From positions 72,978 to 136,977 of the forward strand of contig NW_014577090.1 of NCBI RefSeq assembly GCF_000485595.1: DNA of 64,000 bases, in the 5' to 3' direction. This document shows positions 1-14,413 of this stretch, one piece after another (within the stretch, counting starts at the first letter, position 1; every line of letters starts with the position of its first letter). This stretch comes from Priapulus caudatus (taxonomy: Eukaryota). The notes beneath the pieces were generated by a model, which ran no database searches, was not told the DNA's origin, and worked only from the letters and a program-made list of their open reading frames with translations. The position numbers and the translations under genes are program-made.

Positions 1-88
1 GCTTCCAACAACGCTATCAACATCATCTAAAATATAGTTAATCCTAAACAGAACATGTGTGATGCTGCGATAATGTGCTTTTACTCAC

Positions 89-121
89 CAGCTTTGTATC
101 CTTGGTTCTGTCCTAGCTCAT
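89..121 (-). CDS. cad: Second identical copy of the 33-nt micro-exon
   Basis: Same 33 nt with ttttcttattttcag acceptor and gtgagtaa donor, inside a block (1-240) duplicated at 2224-2460. Confidence 0.5.
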
Positions 122-241
122 CTGAAAATAAGAAAAATTTAACGCACATGTAAGTATAATCATGAAATATGCACAATTAACTATAACAAAACATATTTTG
201 CGCTAGAATAAAGAGTTAAGATAACGTCTGTATATATATAT

Positions 242-283
<42 letters not shown>

Positions 284-1122
284 AGTCATGACTAGACTAG
301 ACATGATTAATTAAAGTAATAGATTCGGATAGCGCTTACTGTTTCGTCATATTTGTTCTTTTATATTTTTCTTAAAATTCTGTAAAAACAGCATATAAAG
401 CTTCTACAACTATAGCATATTTCAAACGGTTAAGATTTCCGTTTAAGTAAAAACGTTGTACGATTTAACATCGGTCAAAACCCCTGTGTATTGCATATGC
501 GCAGATTCTTTCTTACATGATTTACATACTTATTGTAATCGTTGTAAACCGAATAAAATACCTCGAAAACCTCCATGAGAGCGATTACATATGTACAGAT
601 TCCTAACTTACTTGCTATAGCAGAATTCCTTCTCGAGCTCTAGGCGTTGATTGTCTGTGTATACGACCCGGTATTTATCCTTTGTACGGGTTTTCCCTAC
701 AACAGCGACAACGGACATCTGGTTACGCACAGCGCACGCATACGCGCGCGATTTAATACTATCTATTATACTATATGTATATATATATGTATATATATTT
801 TAATATTAATATATAATAAATAATGTGTCTTTATTGTGAAAAAATCGCCGCATTTCTATATGAACTATATTTTATATTCGGTGACTTTTATCCCTAGTAT
901 TATTACACTCTACTCAGTGTATATAACTCAATCGTCTAAATGGCAAAGACTAAAGCAATTGCAAATATATTGTATTTAATCTCGTGATCAAATAATGAGC
1001 TTATATATATTTTAAAACAATACTTAAATTATGTAGCATAGGCTGCGTGACCTATAGCTGTAACGTAATTGCGAACCTTATTAAATATTTAATAAATTGT
1101 TATATAATGCTTTTAAGCTGCA

Positions 1123-1174
<52 letters not shown>

Positions 1175-2099
1175 TTTCTATCGAAAAGGGTTGTTTCTAA
1201 TAAAAATTAGAAAACCCTGTTAAAAATAATAAGATTTAGCTAATAATGCGATTACGCTTATAACAATTAATGCATTTCTGTTAAAGGGGAAAAACTGCAA
1301 CATAGGGAATTAAAATGAAGGCTGGGGAAATTATATTCTATAAGCACATCACATATTAAAAGAATGAGTAAGGCGCGCAACATTTTAAAGCACGTCACGT
1401 ATGCACGCATGTTACGTTCGAAATGTGGTTTATGAAATTCCGCACTGGTCATTCGTATTGCATAATAATTAATGTGGATACATTCTAAACTTGATAGCTA
1501 TCCTATCACGTGACTTTGCCACCGAGACGATGACGTCAGTGGCGTCATATTACGTCGCACGGTGAATATATTGATCTGAATTACAATTAGAAGGCTAAGG
1601 TGGAGACATATTGATGTGACATGAACTTCCTTCGCGTGAATAACGCGCCGATTCTTAGAAACGAATAAAAACAAATTTTGCGCGCAGTGACATGGCGGTA
1701 ACGATATGGGCAGTGCCGTCTAGTCCGCCATTCACACACGCTGTTATATTACACGCATGATCCGAATTTTAATAATTTGGCGTTCAAATGCTAATCGAGG
1801 ATTATTGTGCCGCGCAATAAATCAACCCGACTCGACGCTATAAAATCCAACATGGCGCCGGGCGTAACGTGATATCGGCTGCCGTCTCCCCCGCCCCCTG
1901 TCGAGACAAGAGAGTGCGCGTGCAGTTTGTTTTCGGACCAATTTAGTCGCTGCTGGTATTTACAAGGCTTTCGAACATCTTGCCCACCGCGATAAGTCAA
2001 CAAATTATATTTCCCTTGCCATACACAGTTGCGCCGCTCTCAGCACCGCGCTTCCTGACATTAACTATATTATATATATATATATATGTATAGTATATG

Positions 2100-2141
<42 letters not shown>

Positions 2142-2312
2142 GTACGATATACTAATAAGTGACGCATTAGCTGTCGTTGTCTAGTGCAATTCTCTGATAG
2201 AAGAGTAAAATTCCTAATCAACGCTTCCAACAACGCTATCAACATCATCTAAAATATAGTTAATCCTAAACAGAACATGTGTTGATGCTGCGATAATGTG
2301 CTTTTTACTCAC

Positions 2313-2345
2313 CAGCTTTGTATCCTTGGTTCTGTCCTAGCTCAT
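2313..2345 (-). CDS. cad: Candidate 33-nt micro-exon of the Cdx-like gene (DELGQNQGYKA)
   Basis: Minus strand reads ttttcctattttcag|ATGAGCTAGGACAGAACCAAGGATACAAAGCTG|gtgagtaa. Only the phase-1 frame is open, matching the exon-1 donor phase. Confidence 0.55.
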
Positions 2346-2958
2346 CTGAAAATAGGAAAAATTTAACGCACATGTAAGTATAATCATGAAATATGCACAA
2401 TTAACTATAACAAAACATATTTTGCGCTAAAATAAAGAGTCAAGATAACGTCTATATATATATTATATATATATATATATAAAAATTGGCCAATTGAGAG
2501 TCCAAAAACCGGAGTGTTGAGAAGATCAATGTCAACCCAATAAAGACTTTATGTTTCTAAGGCGAGATATTAAATAGTAGTAATAGCGAACATGGACCGC
2601 GCTGTGCACGTCAACGATATAGATCAGCGACAGCTACGGTGCGGAAGCTACGAGATTATAACGCCTATAATGTAGTATACATTCCAATTAAGTCGTGTTT
2701 CTAAATGCTGACAGCATTAAAAGAAAGCGATTCTAGTTTTTCCTACAGCGACGTTTACGATGTGTGTATATATACATGTCTGTATATCATCATTACGTGG
2801 CGTATATATATGTGTATAGATGTGTATAGATGTGTGTATATATACATGTATGTATATCATTATTACGTGGCGTATATATATGTGTATAGATGTGTATAGA
2901 TGTGTATATATGTATACATGTCTGTATATAATCATTACGTGGCGATTTTTATCCGTTT

Positions 2959-4569
2959 GTACCGATATCTTACGCGCTGCGTAACAATCATTTCTGGCAA
3001 TGAGATATACCACTAATTAATTGAAAATTCAGCCCTACATAAATTCCTTAATTGTGCGCGCGCCCATATAGACACGTATTTTAATGCCCGGCCACCGCAA
3101 AGATAAGTATGCTGTAATATATTGCCAGGCATAAAATCCAGTTACCGGCTAAACCAATGCGAAGACTGGTCTGCTCTATACAGGAGAAGTAAGTGCAGAT
3201 AGAATACCCGCTGTAAATCGGTAGTCGCTCTGTTAGGCCGGACTGACGTAGATGGTGATGGTTAGTGGTAGTGGTGGTGGGAGGGGATGACAGCAGGAAA
3301 CGGTAAAACATAAAACGACCATGTTGTATAACAGCATTTAACAGGGGCGACGGTCATAAATGACAGTTGGTGTGCTCAGCGAGAATAAACGTTATTTTCG
3401 CGTATTATTTCAGCTGTAAAACCCATTACTACTTCAAAGACGCATTGCGTCATTTCGGCACCACGCACTCTTTCAGAAAACCAACTGTAGCTAATAAAAA
3501 AACGGGCCATAATTCGGTCGTAAACGGCGTGATGGCAGAAGGATGATCACGATGATGATGATGTGGTCGAAAAAACCTACTTGTGTTCGCTCAGACGGCG
3601 CCAGCGCCGTGGTGATTGAAGCCTCATGCAATTTTAAATTAAAGTTCGAGCCGCATTTTTAGATGCGCTGGCTCCACGTCTACTGTTCGGCGGATACCTG
3701 TTCCGACGTCGGCTGCTTTATATAGGCGACAGAGCACGCGCGTGCAAAGAAACGTGTTAGATTTCGCAGTACCAGTAAAAGTCATCATTATGCATTCGCG
3801 ACGATGGTAGCTACTCGTCGACGAATTCGAATGAAATTGATTCGCATAAATATTATTTGCATTATCAAAATGTATTTTTTGGTAAACATCTTTGTTCATC
3901 AGGATCGTCGGGATAAATAAAACAAAATATCTAAAATAGGTTTGACGTATATCTAGGTATTAAAGTTTCAAATTTGGTTTGGAATTTGTTGATATTTAAC
4001 GACAGCCATTATATCTGAAATATATTATGAAATTATTGACGCAACGTTTTTAATAAGTAGACGGTTTATTTAATTCTAAATGTATAAAAAAGACTTTAAT
4101 CGATATACGCTTTTTAAAGTTTAATGTAGTTGAATCTCAGTAATTGTGCCGTTTCTTTCGTCTAAAATTTGTATATATAATTTTATGATGAATATTGCTT
4201 AATTCCAAATGATTTAAAACTGACGTAATCACAGTTAAGTCTTATAGACAATAATAATATCAGTTTCATTTTGTGGTGGGTAAAGAGCATTCGGATAACA
4301 TAAACTAAGTTTACACAATTATTTCGTATTTATTCTTTTCAATGGCCGATAACCACATCACGCGTATACGCTAACACATAAAGTTATTTAAATCAACTTG
4401 CGCTGTAGGCTTTCACCAACGCGTTGTTGTAAAGGCCTTGTATAAAATACCACGCACATATCCATGGAAAAACTTATATGGTATTTTTCGTAATATACTC
4501 TGCCAAATTCGCTTAGCTGCGAAGTATATCATTCTTATTCTTATGTATATTTTTACTCTTAATATATTA

Positions 4570-4612
<43 letters not shown>

Positions 4613-6136
4613 ATGCGTTAGCGTGCGTGCGTGTGTACGCGCGTGCTACTTGAGTTTCATTGCCTACCTGTAAGGCTGGTAAAGGAAAAGCTTGCGCAAA
4701 CTTCTGATAGTAGGGAACATCGCATCGTAACACGGTGCGACGTACTCCACCCTAGCCCTATCCGTAAACCTCTATAAACAATAACATTTCCAGTCTACCG
4801 CCATCTAGACCAATTTTGGTCAGTTTTGCTGTATATAATGGAAGACGATCACACACAATTCATAGCTATGCGATTTTTATACGCTTCATCGTCCGCTGAT
4901 CATAGTATATATAGCTTGTGCGCAATTAGTTTTTATTGTTTAACCATAGAAGACATAGCTGCGCTATTCCATTCTCAATTAACAGTAATAATTGCAATTC
5001 CACTTCTCCTACAATTTTGATATAGTCTAGTGCGACTTAAAGCAGTTCAAGATGTAGCATGATGTCTTTAGCAGGGCTTAAATGGGATCATTCTAGTAGA
5101 TAATACGAGAGTGGTATATGCCTGAATCATAGCATAGCCTATGCGATGACTGGTAATCTATCATGAACTTCCGTGAAGGTAAGTAGACAGACCGTGCCAG
5201 ATATGATGCGCAAACAAGCGCTTAAAGTTATTCACAATGCTGAGATATGAATAACATCATTTCCACGCTGCAAACTCGGGTAATTCTTCATACTACATAG
5301 ACATATGCAGATAAAAAACTCGTGTGTTTATATATAGATCACACGCGAGGTTGCGTTTCAAGTACGTTTCGCTACAAAAGACGTACAGCCTTGTTTACCT
5401 TGTAATTTATAACTGCTCGTCTACACTAACTATTTCATTTTAACAACTATATTTTCAGTATGGAAAATCAAGTGAGAAAACTAGGTGTGTATACATGTTC
5501 TTCTTCTAATCCCCGTTGTCATTATTAAACTGAGTTATATTTAACCTTTTGGTTAGTGAAGGATTGCTCATATAAACCTGGTCGGTTAATATTGAAATTT
5601 CCACATTACCTATAGGGATACATGCATGCGTTTATTTACTAACAATCTGATATACACTATATGTAAACATTTGGCATACAACCAATGTTTATTGTCGTAC
5701 ATTAAACAAAATTATAGATATACTTAGTGATTTCTACCATCGTGATCTCCATCCTGTCAGCAAGTTCATTTTCGTTATTAATAAATTTATTCCATTTATC
5801 AGCATCATTGCCGCTGTCAATGCAGACTCTCTTTGTTTTCGGAGCCGCTATAGCTAACGGGGAAACGAACCACAAGCATTGGCGGTCGTTGTCAGAGGCA
5901 CATTGCCACGTAGGCGAGTGTTGTACTGCCTGCCATCTGCCATTCGCGTCATTAGGCGTAGCAGGCGGGTTAAATATGGCCGCTGCGGCCCGCACCAACT
6001 TGTCACATTCCTGGCAGAGGTGTCATAATGATTCTACGCGCGTGTTTATGTGATTCCGCCCCCGATACACGGGAGCAATACCGCGTACAAGATACACACC
6101 CGATATATAATATATATATATATATATATTATATAG

Positions 6137-6228
<92 letters not shown>

Positions 6229-7409
6229 TGTGGTGCGCGCGCGCGGCGTGTGGTGGTTTTGTATGTTATAATATAATATATAATAATATGAATATAATAT
6301 ATTTATTTATTTATTTATTCATTTATATACATGTAACTTACGACAGTAGATAAACGAGGTTTGACTGCGCCTTGATTAGCAGGCCTTTTTCGCTTATGCT
6401 GCGACAATTGTCTGCCCACTCATGTGAATTATTTTATTCAGCATGCGCATCGTAATTCAAATTTGATATTATGTCGCTTATAATTCTGTTCATTTAATTT
6501 ATTTTATTTGTCCAGTATCGATGCTTATGCTAGAAGACATAATATGATAGTACTTATGTATATAAACAAATATACAATAATATATCATATATATTTACAT
6601 ATATAATATATATAATATATGTATATATATATAACGATTTCATGTGAAATGAGGTATATTAAAATCGTCGTCAAACTGCATCGTCTATGTTGGCTGTTAT
6701 AGCAACGCAGCGCACCACCACAGCGATAGCATCGCGGCTTCCACACTACATGTAGCGTGCGTACATACCGCCTACCGGCGCAGAAAGCAGATGCAGTCAC
6801 ACAAGCGGTGTCATGAGAAATGCGTTCTTTCGCTTCGCTGATTTATGCGTCAACAATCACACGTAAGGCCACGCTTTTGTAACAGAGGAGATGTAAACAG
6901 CGGCGTATGGTTTGTGCTGCGTGGCCGCGCGCGCGGGCGTATTCTTACGCGCAGTCACGCCCCGCGAGAAGCCAGCCTATCGGGCGAGCTGGCGAGCAGT
7001 GGAAAACGAACGAGCCAAAGTCCATTTCATCACAGCGGAACACACTTTCACGAGGCGCTGTTTCGATACAAAATCGCATTTATTACCGGTTAAAAAAAAG
7101 AAGAAAAAACGGTTTTTCGGGGAAAGTAGAGTCGGGGTGTGTGTGTATATATATATATAACTATAGGAAGGGGCGAGTGAGAGACACGGAGACACACCAT
7201 CTTCGTGGTATAGCGTGAAGGAACCATATGCAGCCCGGCCGCCAAGCGTCTTTGATGTCACCGCTGGTCTAAACTAATAGCGCAAATGACGTTCGATAAA
7301 CGATGTGTTTCCGGCCCTAAAAGTCTCCAGAATGCGCAGCAAATGGGGTCTCGGTAGTCGTTTCGAATTGCAAAATTAGCTTAAATCGCCGCCAATGGCA
7401 ACGTGCCTT
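2959..7409. repeat. Segment copy A of a triplicated intronic block
   Basis: Near-identical to 7435-11327 and 16021-19276. Confidence 0.9.
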
Positions 7410-7434
7410 NNNNNNNNNNNNNNNNNNNNNNNNN

Positions 7435-8524
7435 AAAACGGGCCATAATTCGGCGTAAACGGCGTGATGGCAGAAGGATGATCACGATGATGATGATGTG
7501 GTCGAAAAAACTCTACTTGTGTTCGCTCAGACGGCGCCAGCGCCGTGGTGATTGAGCCTCATGCAATTTTAAATTAAATGTTCGAGCCGCATTTTATGAT
7601 GCGCTGGCTCCACGTCTACTGTTCGGCGCGATACCTGTTCCGACGTCGGCTGCTTTATATAGGCGACAGAGCACGCGCGTGCAAGAAAACGTGTCTAGAT
7701 TCGCGCAGTACCAGTAAAAGTCATCATTATGCGTTCGCGACGATGGTAGCTAATCTCGTCGACGAATTCGAATGAAATTGATTCGCATAAATATTATTTG
7801 TATTAATCAAAATGTATTTTTTGGTAAACATCTTTGTTCATCAGGATCGTCGGGATAAATAAAACAAAATACTAAAAAGGTTTGACGTATATCTGAGGTA
7901 TTAGTTAAGTTTTTGCAAATTTGTTGGAATTTGTTGATATTTAACGACAGCCATTATATCTGAAATTATTATGAAATTATTGACGCAACGTTTTTAATAA
8001 GTAGAACGGTTTATTTAATTCTAAATGTATAAAAAAGACTTTAATCGATATACGCTTTTTAAAGTTTAATGTAGTTAACTAGTTCGAATCATCAGTAATT
8101 GTGTCCGTGTTCTTTCGTCTAAAATTTTGTATATATAATTTTATGATGAATATTGCTTAATTCCAAATGATTTAAAACTGACGTAATCACAGTTAATTCT
8201 ATAGACAATAATAATATCAGTTTCATTTGTGGTGGGTAAAGAGCATTCGGATAACATAAACTAAGTTTACACAATTATTTCTATTTATTCTTCTTCAATG
8301 GCCGATAACCACATCACGCGTATACGCTAACACATAAAGTTATTTAAATCAACTTGCGCTGTAGGCTTTCACCAACGCGTTTAGTTGTAAAGGCCTTGTA
8401 TAAAATACCACGCATCATATCCATGGAAAAAACTTATATGTATTTTTCGTAATATACTCTGCCAATTCGCTTAGCTGCGAAGTATATCATTCTTATTCCT
8501 TATGTATATTTTTTCTCTTAAATT

Positions 8525-8571
<47 letters not shown>

Positions 8572-10053
8572 TTATGCGTGCGTGCGTGTGTACGCGCGTG
8601 CTACTTGAGTTTCATTGCCTACCTGTAAGGCTGGTAAAGGAAAGCTTGCGCAAACTTCTGATAGTAGGGAAAAGTCCGCATCGTATAACACGGTGCGACG
8701 TACCCACCCTAGCCCTAATCCGTAAACCTCTATACAATAACATTCCAGTCTACCGCCATCTAGACCAATTTTTCTTGCTGTATATAATGGAAGACGATCA
8801 CACAATTCATAGCTATAGCGATTTTTATACGCTTCATCGTCCGCTGATCATAGTATATACTGCTTGTGCGCCAAATTAGTTTTATTGTTTAACCATAGAA
8901 GACATAGCTGCGCTATTCCATTCTCAATTAACAGTAATAATTGCAATTCCACTTCTCCTACAATTTGATATAGTCTAGTGCGACTTAAAGCAGTTCAAGA
9001 TGTAGCATGATGTTTTTAGCAGGGCTTAAATGGGATCATTCTAGTAGATAATACGAGGTGGTATATGCCTGAATCATAGCAATAGAATATATGGTAAGTA
9101 AGTACGACAGACCGTGCCAGATATGATGCGCAAAAGCGCTTAAAGTTATTCACAATGCTGAGATATGAATAACATCATATTCCACGCTGCAAACTCGGGT
9201 AATTCTTCATACTACATAGACATATAGCAGATAAACTCGTGTGTTTATATATAGATCACACGCGAGGGCGTTTCAAGTACGTTTCGCTACAAAAGACGTA
9301 CAGCCTTGTTTACCTTGTAATTTATAACTGCTCGTCGTACACTAACTATTTCATTTTACAACTATATTTTCAGAATGGAAAATCAAGTGAGAAAACTTAT
9401 GTACTATACATGTTCTTCTTCTAATCCCGTTGTCATTTATAAACTGAGTTATATTTAACTCTTTGGTTAGTGAAGGATTGCTCATATAACCTGGTCGGTT
9501 AATATTGAAATTTCCACATTACCTATAGGGATACATGCATTGCGTTCATTTACTAACAATCTGATATACACTATATGTAAACATTTGGGCATACAACCAA
9601 TGTTTATTGTCGTACATAAACAAATTATAGATATTACTTAGTGATTTCTGACCATCGTGATCTCCATCCTGTCAGCAAGTTCATTTTCGTTATTAATAAA
9701 TTTATTCCATTTATTCAGCATCATTGCCGCTGTCAATGCAGACTCTCTTTGTTTTCGAGCCGCTATAGCTAACGGGGAAAACAAACCACAAGCATGGCGC
9801 GTCGTTGTCAGAGGCACATTGCCACGTAGGCGAGTGTTGTACTGCCTGCCATCTGCCATTCGCTCATTAGGCGTAGCAGGCGGGTTAATATGGCCGCTGC
9901 GGCCCGCACCAACTTGTCACATTCCTGGCAGAGGTGTCATAATGATTCCTACGCGGTGTTTATGTGATTCCGCCGCCCGATACACGGGAGCAATACGCGT
10001 ACAAGATACACACCCGTATATATATATATATATATTTTTTTATGTATGTGTGT

Positions 10054-10116
<63 letters not shown>

Positions 10117-11327
10117 TGTGTGTGTAGTGTGTGTGTGCGCGCGCGCGTGGTGTGGTGTGTATGTATATAATATATATATATGTATATAGATATATATATT
10201 ATATTATTTATTTATTTATTCATTTATATACATGTAACTTAACGACAGTAGATAAACGAGGTTTGACTGCGCCTTGATTAGCAGGCCTTTTTCGCTTAGC
10301 TGCGACAATTGTCTGGCCCACTCATGTGAATTATTTTATTCACACTGCGCATCGTAATTCAAAATTTGATATTATGTCGCTTATAATTCTGTTCATTTAA
10401 TTTATTTTATTTGTCCAGTATCGTTGCTTATGCTAGAAGACATAATATGATAGTACTTATGTATATAAACAAATATACAATAATATATCATATATATTTA
10501 CAATATAATATATAATATTATGTATATATATATACGATTTCATGTGAAATGAGGTATATTTAAAACGTCGTCAAACTTGCATCGTCTATGTTGGTGTTAT
10601 AGCAAACGCAGCGCACCACCACAGCGATAGCATCGCGGCTTCCACACTACATGTAGCGTGCGTACATACCGCGCTACCGGCGCAGAAAGCAGATGCAGTC
10701 ACACAAGCGGGTCATTGAGAAATGCGTTCTTTCGCTTCGCTGATTTATGCGTCACAATCACACGTAAAGCCACGCTTTTGTGCAGAGGAGATGTAAACAG
10801 CGGCGTATGGTTTGTGTGCTGCGTGGCGCGCGGCGCGGGCGTATTCTTACGCGCAGTCACGCCCCGCGAGAAAGCCAGCCTATCGGGCGAGCTGGCGAGC
10901 AGTGGAAAACGAACGAGCCAAAGTCCAATTTCATCACAGCGGAACACACTTTCACGAGGCGCTGTTTCGATACAAAATCGCATTATTTACCGGTTTAAAA
11001 AAAGAAGAAAAAACGGTTTTGTCGGGGAAAGTAGAGTCGGGTGTGTGTGTGTATATATATATTATAAAACTGCATTATAGAAGGGCGAGTGAGAGACACG
11101 CGGAGACACACCATCTTCGTGGGTATAGCGTGAAGGAACCATATTGCAGCCCGGCCGCCAAGCGCTTTGATGTCACGCTGGTCTAAACTAAATAGCGCAA
11201 ATGACCGTTCGATAAACGAATGTGTTTCGCGGCCCTAAAAGTCTCCAGAATGGCCAGCAAATGGGGTCTCGTAGTCGTTTCGAATTGCAAAATTAGCTTA
11301 AATCGCCGCCAATGGCAACGTGGCCCT
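7435..11327. repeat. Segment copy B (indel-rich, starts at a gap)
   Basis: Matches about 3498-7409 with many 1-bp indels. Confidence 0.9.
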
Positions 11328-11439
11328 TGTCCCCTTGCTCGTCTTCGCAATTTGCAAAGGCAACAGTTTCCAGCAGGAGCTTAGGCTCGACATGATAGCT
11401 ATCGGAGTGGGGATAGTTCAACGCATGTCTAAAGATAGT

Positions 11440-11481
11440 GCGCACGCGACACAAGCACACAACACACATCACCACACACAG

Positions 11482-11519
<38 letters not shown>

Positions 11520-11923
11520 ACATACCACACACTCTCTCTCGACAACACACATACACACACACACACACACATCACACACACACACACTCACACCACACAC
11601 ACACACACACACACACAACACACACACACACACACTCACACACAACACACCACGCGCACACACACACACAACACACACACACACACACAGCACACACGCA
11701 CACACACAACACCACACCACACACACACACCACGCTGCGCACACACACACACACACTCTCCTCATCACAACAATTCACACACACACACACACAGGAACAC
11801 ACACACACACACACAACTACGACACACACGCACGCACGCATGAACGCACGCGCACGCACGCACGCCACGCACGCACGCCGCACCGCACGCACGCACGCAC
11901 GCACACGCCACGCACGCACGCCA

Positions 11924-11955
<32 letters not shown>

Positions 11956-12020
11956 CATGCACATGCACACACACTACACCACACACACACACACACAACA
12001 CACACACATGCACACACAAT
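11440..12020. repeat. Long degenerate (CA)n/(GCAC)n microsatellite, representative of many others (e.g. 13045-13402, 14087-14480, 21000-21365, 59755-59915)
   Basis: Directly visible; source of the spurious His/Thr and Cys/Val ORFs. Confidence 0.95.
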
Positions 12021-12185
12021 TAACTCACAGATGGCGATTTGTGATTGCGATCTCCACTGTCGATGACCTCGTTGGTAAGGATAACTACAGAGAACATCTA
12101 CCCTAGTTTACGTATGCTTATGGCTCATCTAGCATTTTTTGTTTGCGATCATCATAAACTATTAATAAATAAAATATATGGTTAT

Positions 12186-12218
<33 letters not shown>

Positions 12219-13176
12219 TTAGCTTAGCGAACAAACAGGCAAGGTGGTTAGCAAGGTATTTTAGCATCGCAAGATCATTAATATACAGGCGTCTATGCGG
12301 CTTAATCAATTAACAGATGATAGTGTTCGTGTGATATTCTTATGTAATTAACCCTGTACCGTGTATATCTTAATACGCACGCGCTGTATGATAGCTCGAG
12401 AGAGTTGTAGATTTGGAAAATTATACAAATACGTTTATTGGACAATAAAATGCAGCTATATAGAGACATCGAAGAGCATATGAGCCACTGTCCCAAACAT
12501 TAACCGTAAGCAGTTAAATATGGCGAGACCCTAGCGTACAGTGACCGGGTGATGAAACTCGATGCCATTATGTTTATATATGTTCATTAGACATTATATA
12601 TTTATTTCCCGATGCACCGATGCAAGAGTTAAATAGTGCAAATATGGTTGCTATCATTGCTATGCCAAATAATAACGATGTGACTGCAGATTTCACGACT
12701 GTTACCCATGTTTTCCGGTAAAATTGCTATTTCTGCATTGGTGGGTTATGGGTAATAATTTACATTATATATATATATATATGCAGAAGTATATTATTGC
12801 TAGAATATCCCATTACATTGTTTTATATACATCTCTGTTAAACACATATTATATTATCTTCCGTAGTTAAAATTTCGAGATTAATCATTCTCCTCTCTGA
12901 AATAAAATTTCGGATTGGTGTGTAAAACATAGGCTGGACGATGTGTGGTTGTCAGTCGTCCATTGCAATATTACAGTCTAGTTATGCTGCTGTGAAAACG
13001 ACGTACAACCACTCTTCATATTCACTTTGTACTCACGCGCTGGCGCACACACACACACAACACACACACACACACACACACACACACAGCACACACACAA
13101 CACACACACACACACACACATACACACACACATACCAACATACACACCAACACACACACACACACACCACACCCAG

Positions 13177-13207
<31 letters not shown>

Positions 13208-13317
13208 GATACGACACAACACACACACACACACACACACCCACACACACACACACACAACACACACACACATATTATATATACAACCACACAACACACA
13301 CACATCAACACACACCA

Positions 13318-13406
<89 letters not shown>

Positions 13407-14084
13407 GCATATATATTATTTTATTTATTGGTAAACCTTCCGTTTAGTTTATGTATTTATTTAAAGCTGACATCGTGACTATTCGATAATAATACGCCTT
13501 ATATTGTTGTAAAATGGCGTTTAAAAAAAACAAATTCATGTTCAAGAGAGAAATTATTAAATTCTAAAGATCAGCTAAGGGTTCCATAGATAAATGATTG
13601 AAATTTTATTTCCAAGTAAATGCATTCTTCCTGCAATCTAATAATAATAAAATAGTACACTTCATAAATACACACATTTATGATAAAAAAAATTATTTTA
13701 TATAATTGTAAAAAACTTAAGCGCAAACGCGTGGCAGAAGATAAAATCATCATCTGGTCGGATTCTGATAAAGCTACTCGCACCTACCGCTCCACTAATA
13801 CTCCTATTCCTTCTCAAATGATAGAGGTCGGCTCATTAATATCCAATACGCGCTCGCCCGCCATGCATATTTGTTCAACTGTCGCCACGCGATATATCGG
13901 TGTACATAACGTCTGCCGGCAGATCGCACGTTTGTCTGCGGTGCCGACGGACGGACGCACGCTGCTGATTATATAGCAGCGGATAGAATTCGCAACTTTT
14001 GCGGTTAACTCGCCGATATGATTGGACGCGTCTGCTGCGGTAGCGAGATTAATTGGGCACGGCGCGCGGTCTTCGCTGCCGCCC

Positions 14085-14129
<45 letters not shown>

Positions 14130-14338
14130 TTTCTCTCGCTCTCTCTCTCTCTTCCTTTCTCTCTCTCTCTCTCTCTCTTCCTTTCTCTCGCTCTCTCTCT
14201 CTCTCTCGCTCTCGTTCGCTCTGTATTTCTCTCTCCCCCTAGCGCGCTCTCTCTCTCTCTCTCGTTCGCTCTGTCTTGCTCTCTCGCTCTCTCGCCCTCT
14301 CTCGTAACGGATGCGCGCGGCCACAGAGGCGGTGTATA

Positions 14339-14413
<75 letters not shown>

